NCBI GenBank assembly: GCA_963802335.1
Contig: CAWDIE010000008.1
Coordinates: forward strand, 436,601-500,600
Origin: an uncultured Planctomycetota bacterium
GTDB lineage: Bacteria; Planctomycetota; PLA2; JAEUHO01
Reading direction: 5' to 3'
DNA length: 64,000 nt
Shown here: positions 63,726 through 64,000 of the stretch, in pieces
Numbering within the stretch: the first letter of the stretch is position 1
How the letters are laid out: each line of letters begins with the position of its first letter
Position numbers and translations under genes: made by a program
Notes under the pieces: model-generated
Database searches by the model: none
Seen by the model: only the letters and a program-made list of their open reading frames with translations
Told to the model about the DNA's origin: nothing

Positions 63726-64000
63726 ATGCCCGTTGCCCGCATCCTCACCGCCGTCCTCCGCCCGTTCTGTCGCACCCAGGGTGCACGGCGAGCCGTCGAT
63801 GCGCTGAACGGCGAGCTCCGCAACCAGCGGCGGCATGGCGGCGGCTTGCGTCGCGCCAAGGCCTTCCGCCGTCAGCGCGACCTCAAGTTGCACGTCGGGT
63901 GCGGACCCAATGCGCGCGACGGATGGGTGAACATCGATCTCTCCTCGAACGCGGCGGACTGCCGCCTGGACTTGCGCGAAGACCTTCCGTTTTGCGACGC
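63726..64000 (+). CDS. Class I SAM-dependent methyltransferase, N-terminal fragment (runs off the right edge)
   Basis: Manual translation from ATG 63726: MPVARILTAVLRPF...LKLHVGCGPNARDGWVNIDLSSNAADCRLDLREDLPF. The hVGCG...GWVNID motif I region is typical of Methyltransf_11/23 proteins. Confidence 0.65.
   Translation, partial: MPVARILTAVLRPFCRTQGARRAVDALNGELRNQRRHGGGLRRAKAFRRQRDLKLHVGCGPNARDGWVNIDLSSNAADCRLDLREDLPFCD

Overview
This is a 64 kb, very GC-rich (about 70%), gene-dense chromosomal segment from a Gram-negative bacterium. The presence of lpxD and lpxB shows it is Gram-negative. The protein repertoire looks Myxococcota-like (HEAT-repeat and carboxypeptidase-regulatory-repeat proteins, a Ser/Thr kinase, an archaeal-type ProRS), but taxonomy cannot be proven from the sequence alone.

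I support about 58 protein-coding genes and one tRNA-Arg(ACG). There is no rRNA, no CRISPR array, and no transposase, integrase or prophage gene.

Recognisable core functions:
- Envelope and lipid: lpxD, lpxB, a FabH-like enzyme, an acyl-CoA synthetase.
- Translation and cofactors: proS, nadA, lipB, argG, a NifS/IscS-type cysteine desulfurase, pterin-4a-carbinolamine dehydratase.
- Repair: uvrB and a divergent UvrA paralog.
- Transport and metabolism: feoA, feoB and a Cys-rich partner, a CoA-transferase A/B pair, an S9 peptidase, and a KorA-like fragment at the left edge.

These are interleaved with many envelope or hypothetical proteins.

Most interesting observations:
1. One ORF fuses an E1-like ThiF/MoeB domain, a TusA-like domain and a degenerate second half-E1. 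An orphan GspF-like gene and a zinc-ribbon membrane protein follow it.
2. A minus-strand operon encodes a Cas4-type Fe-S PD-(D/E)XK nuclease, a large vWA-like transmembrane protein and a Gly-rich secreted protein. It sits next to a TIGR00725/SLOG gene.
3. A DTBS/MinD-like P-loop protein is translationally coupled to argG.
4. An 85-nt duplication of the tRNA-Arg 3' end plus its terminator encloses a structured 144-nt insert.
5. A dispersed roughly 20-40 nt repeat forms an inverted pair in the uvrA-like promoter region.
6. A perfect 8-1-8 palindrome (Fur-box-like) lies upstream of feoA.
7. Two genes are frameshifted at G/C homopolymers.

All family calls rest on motif reading by eye. No database search was run.
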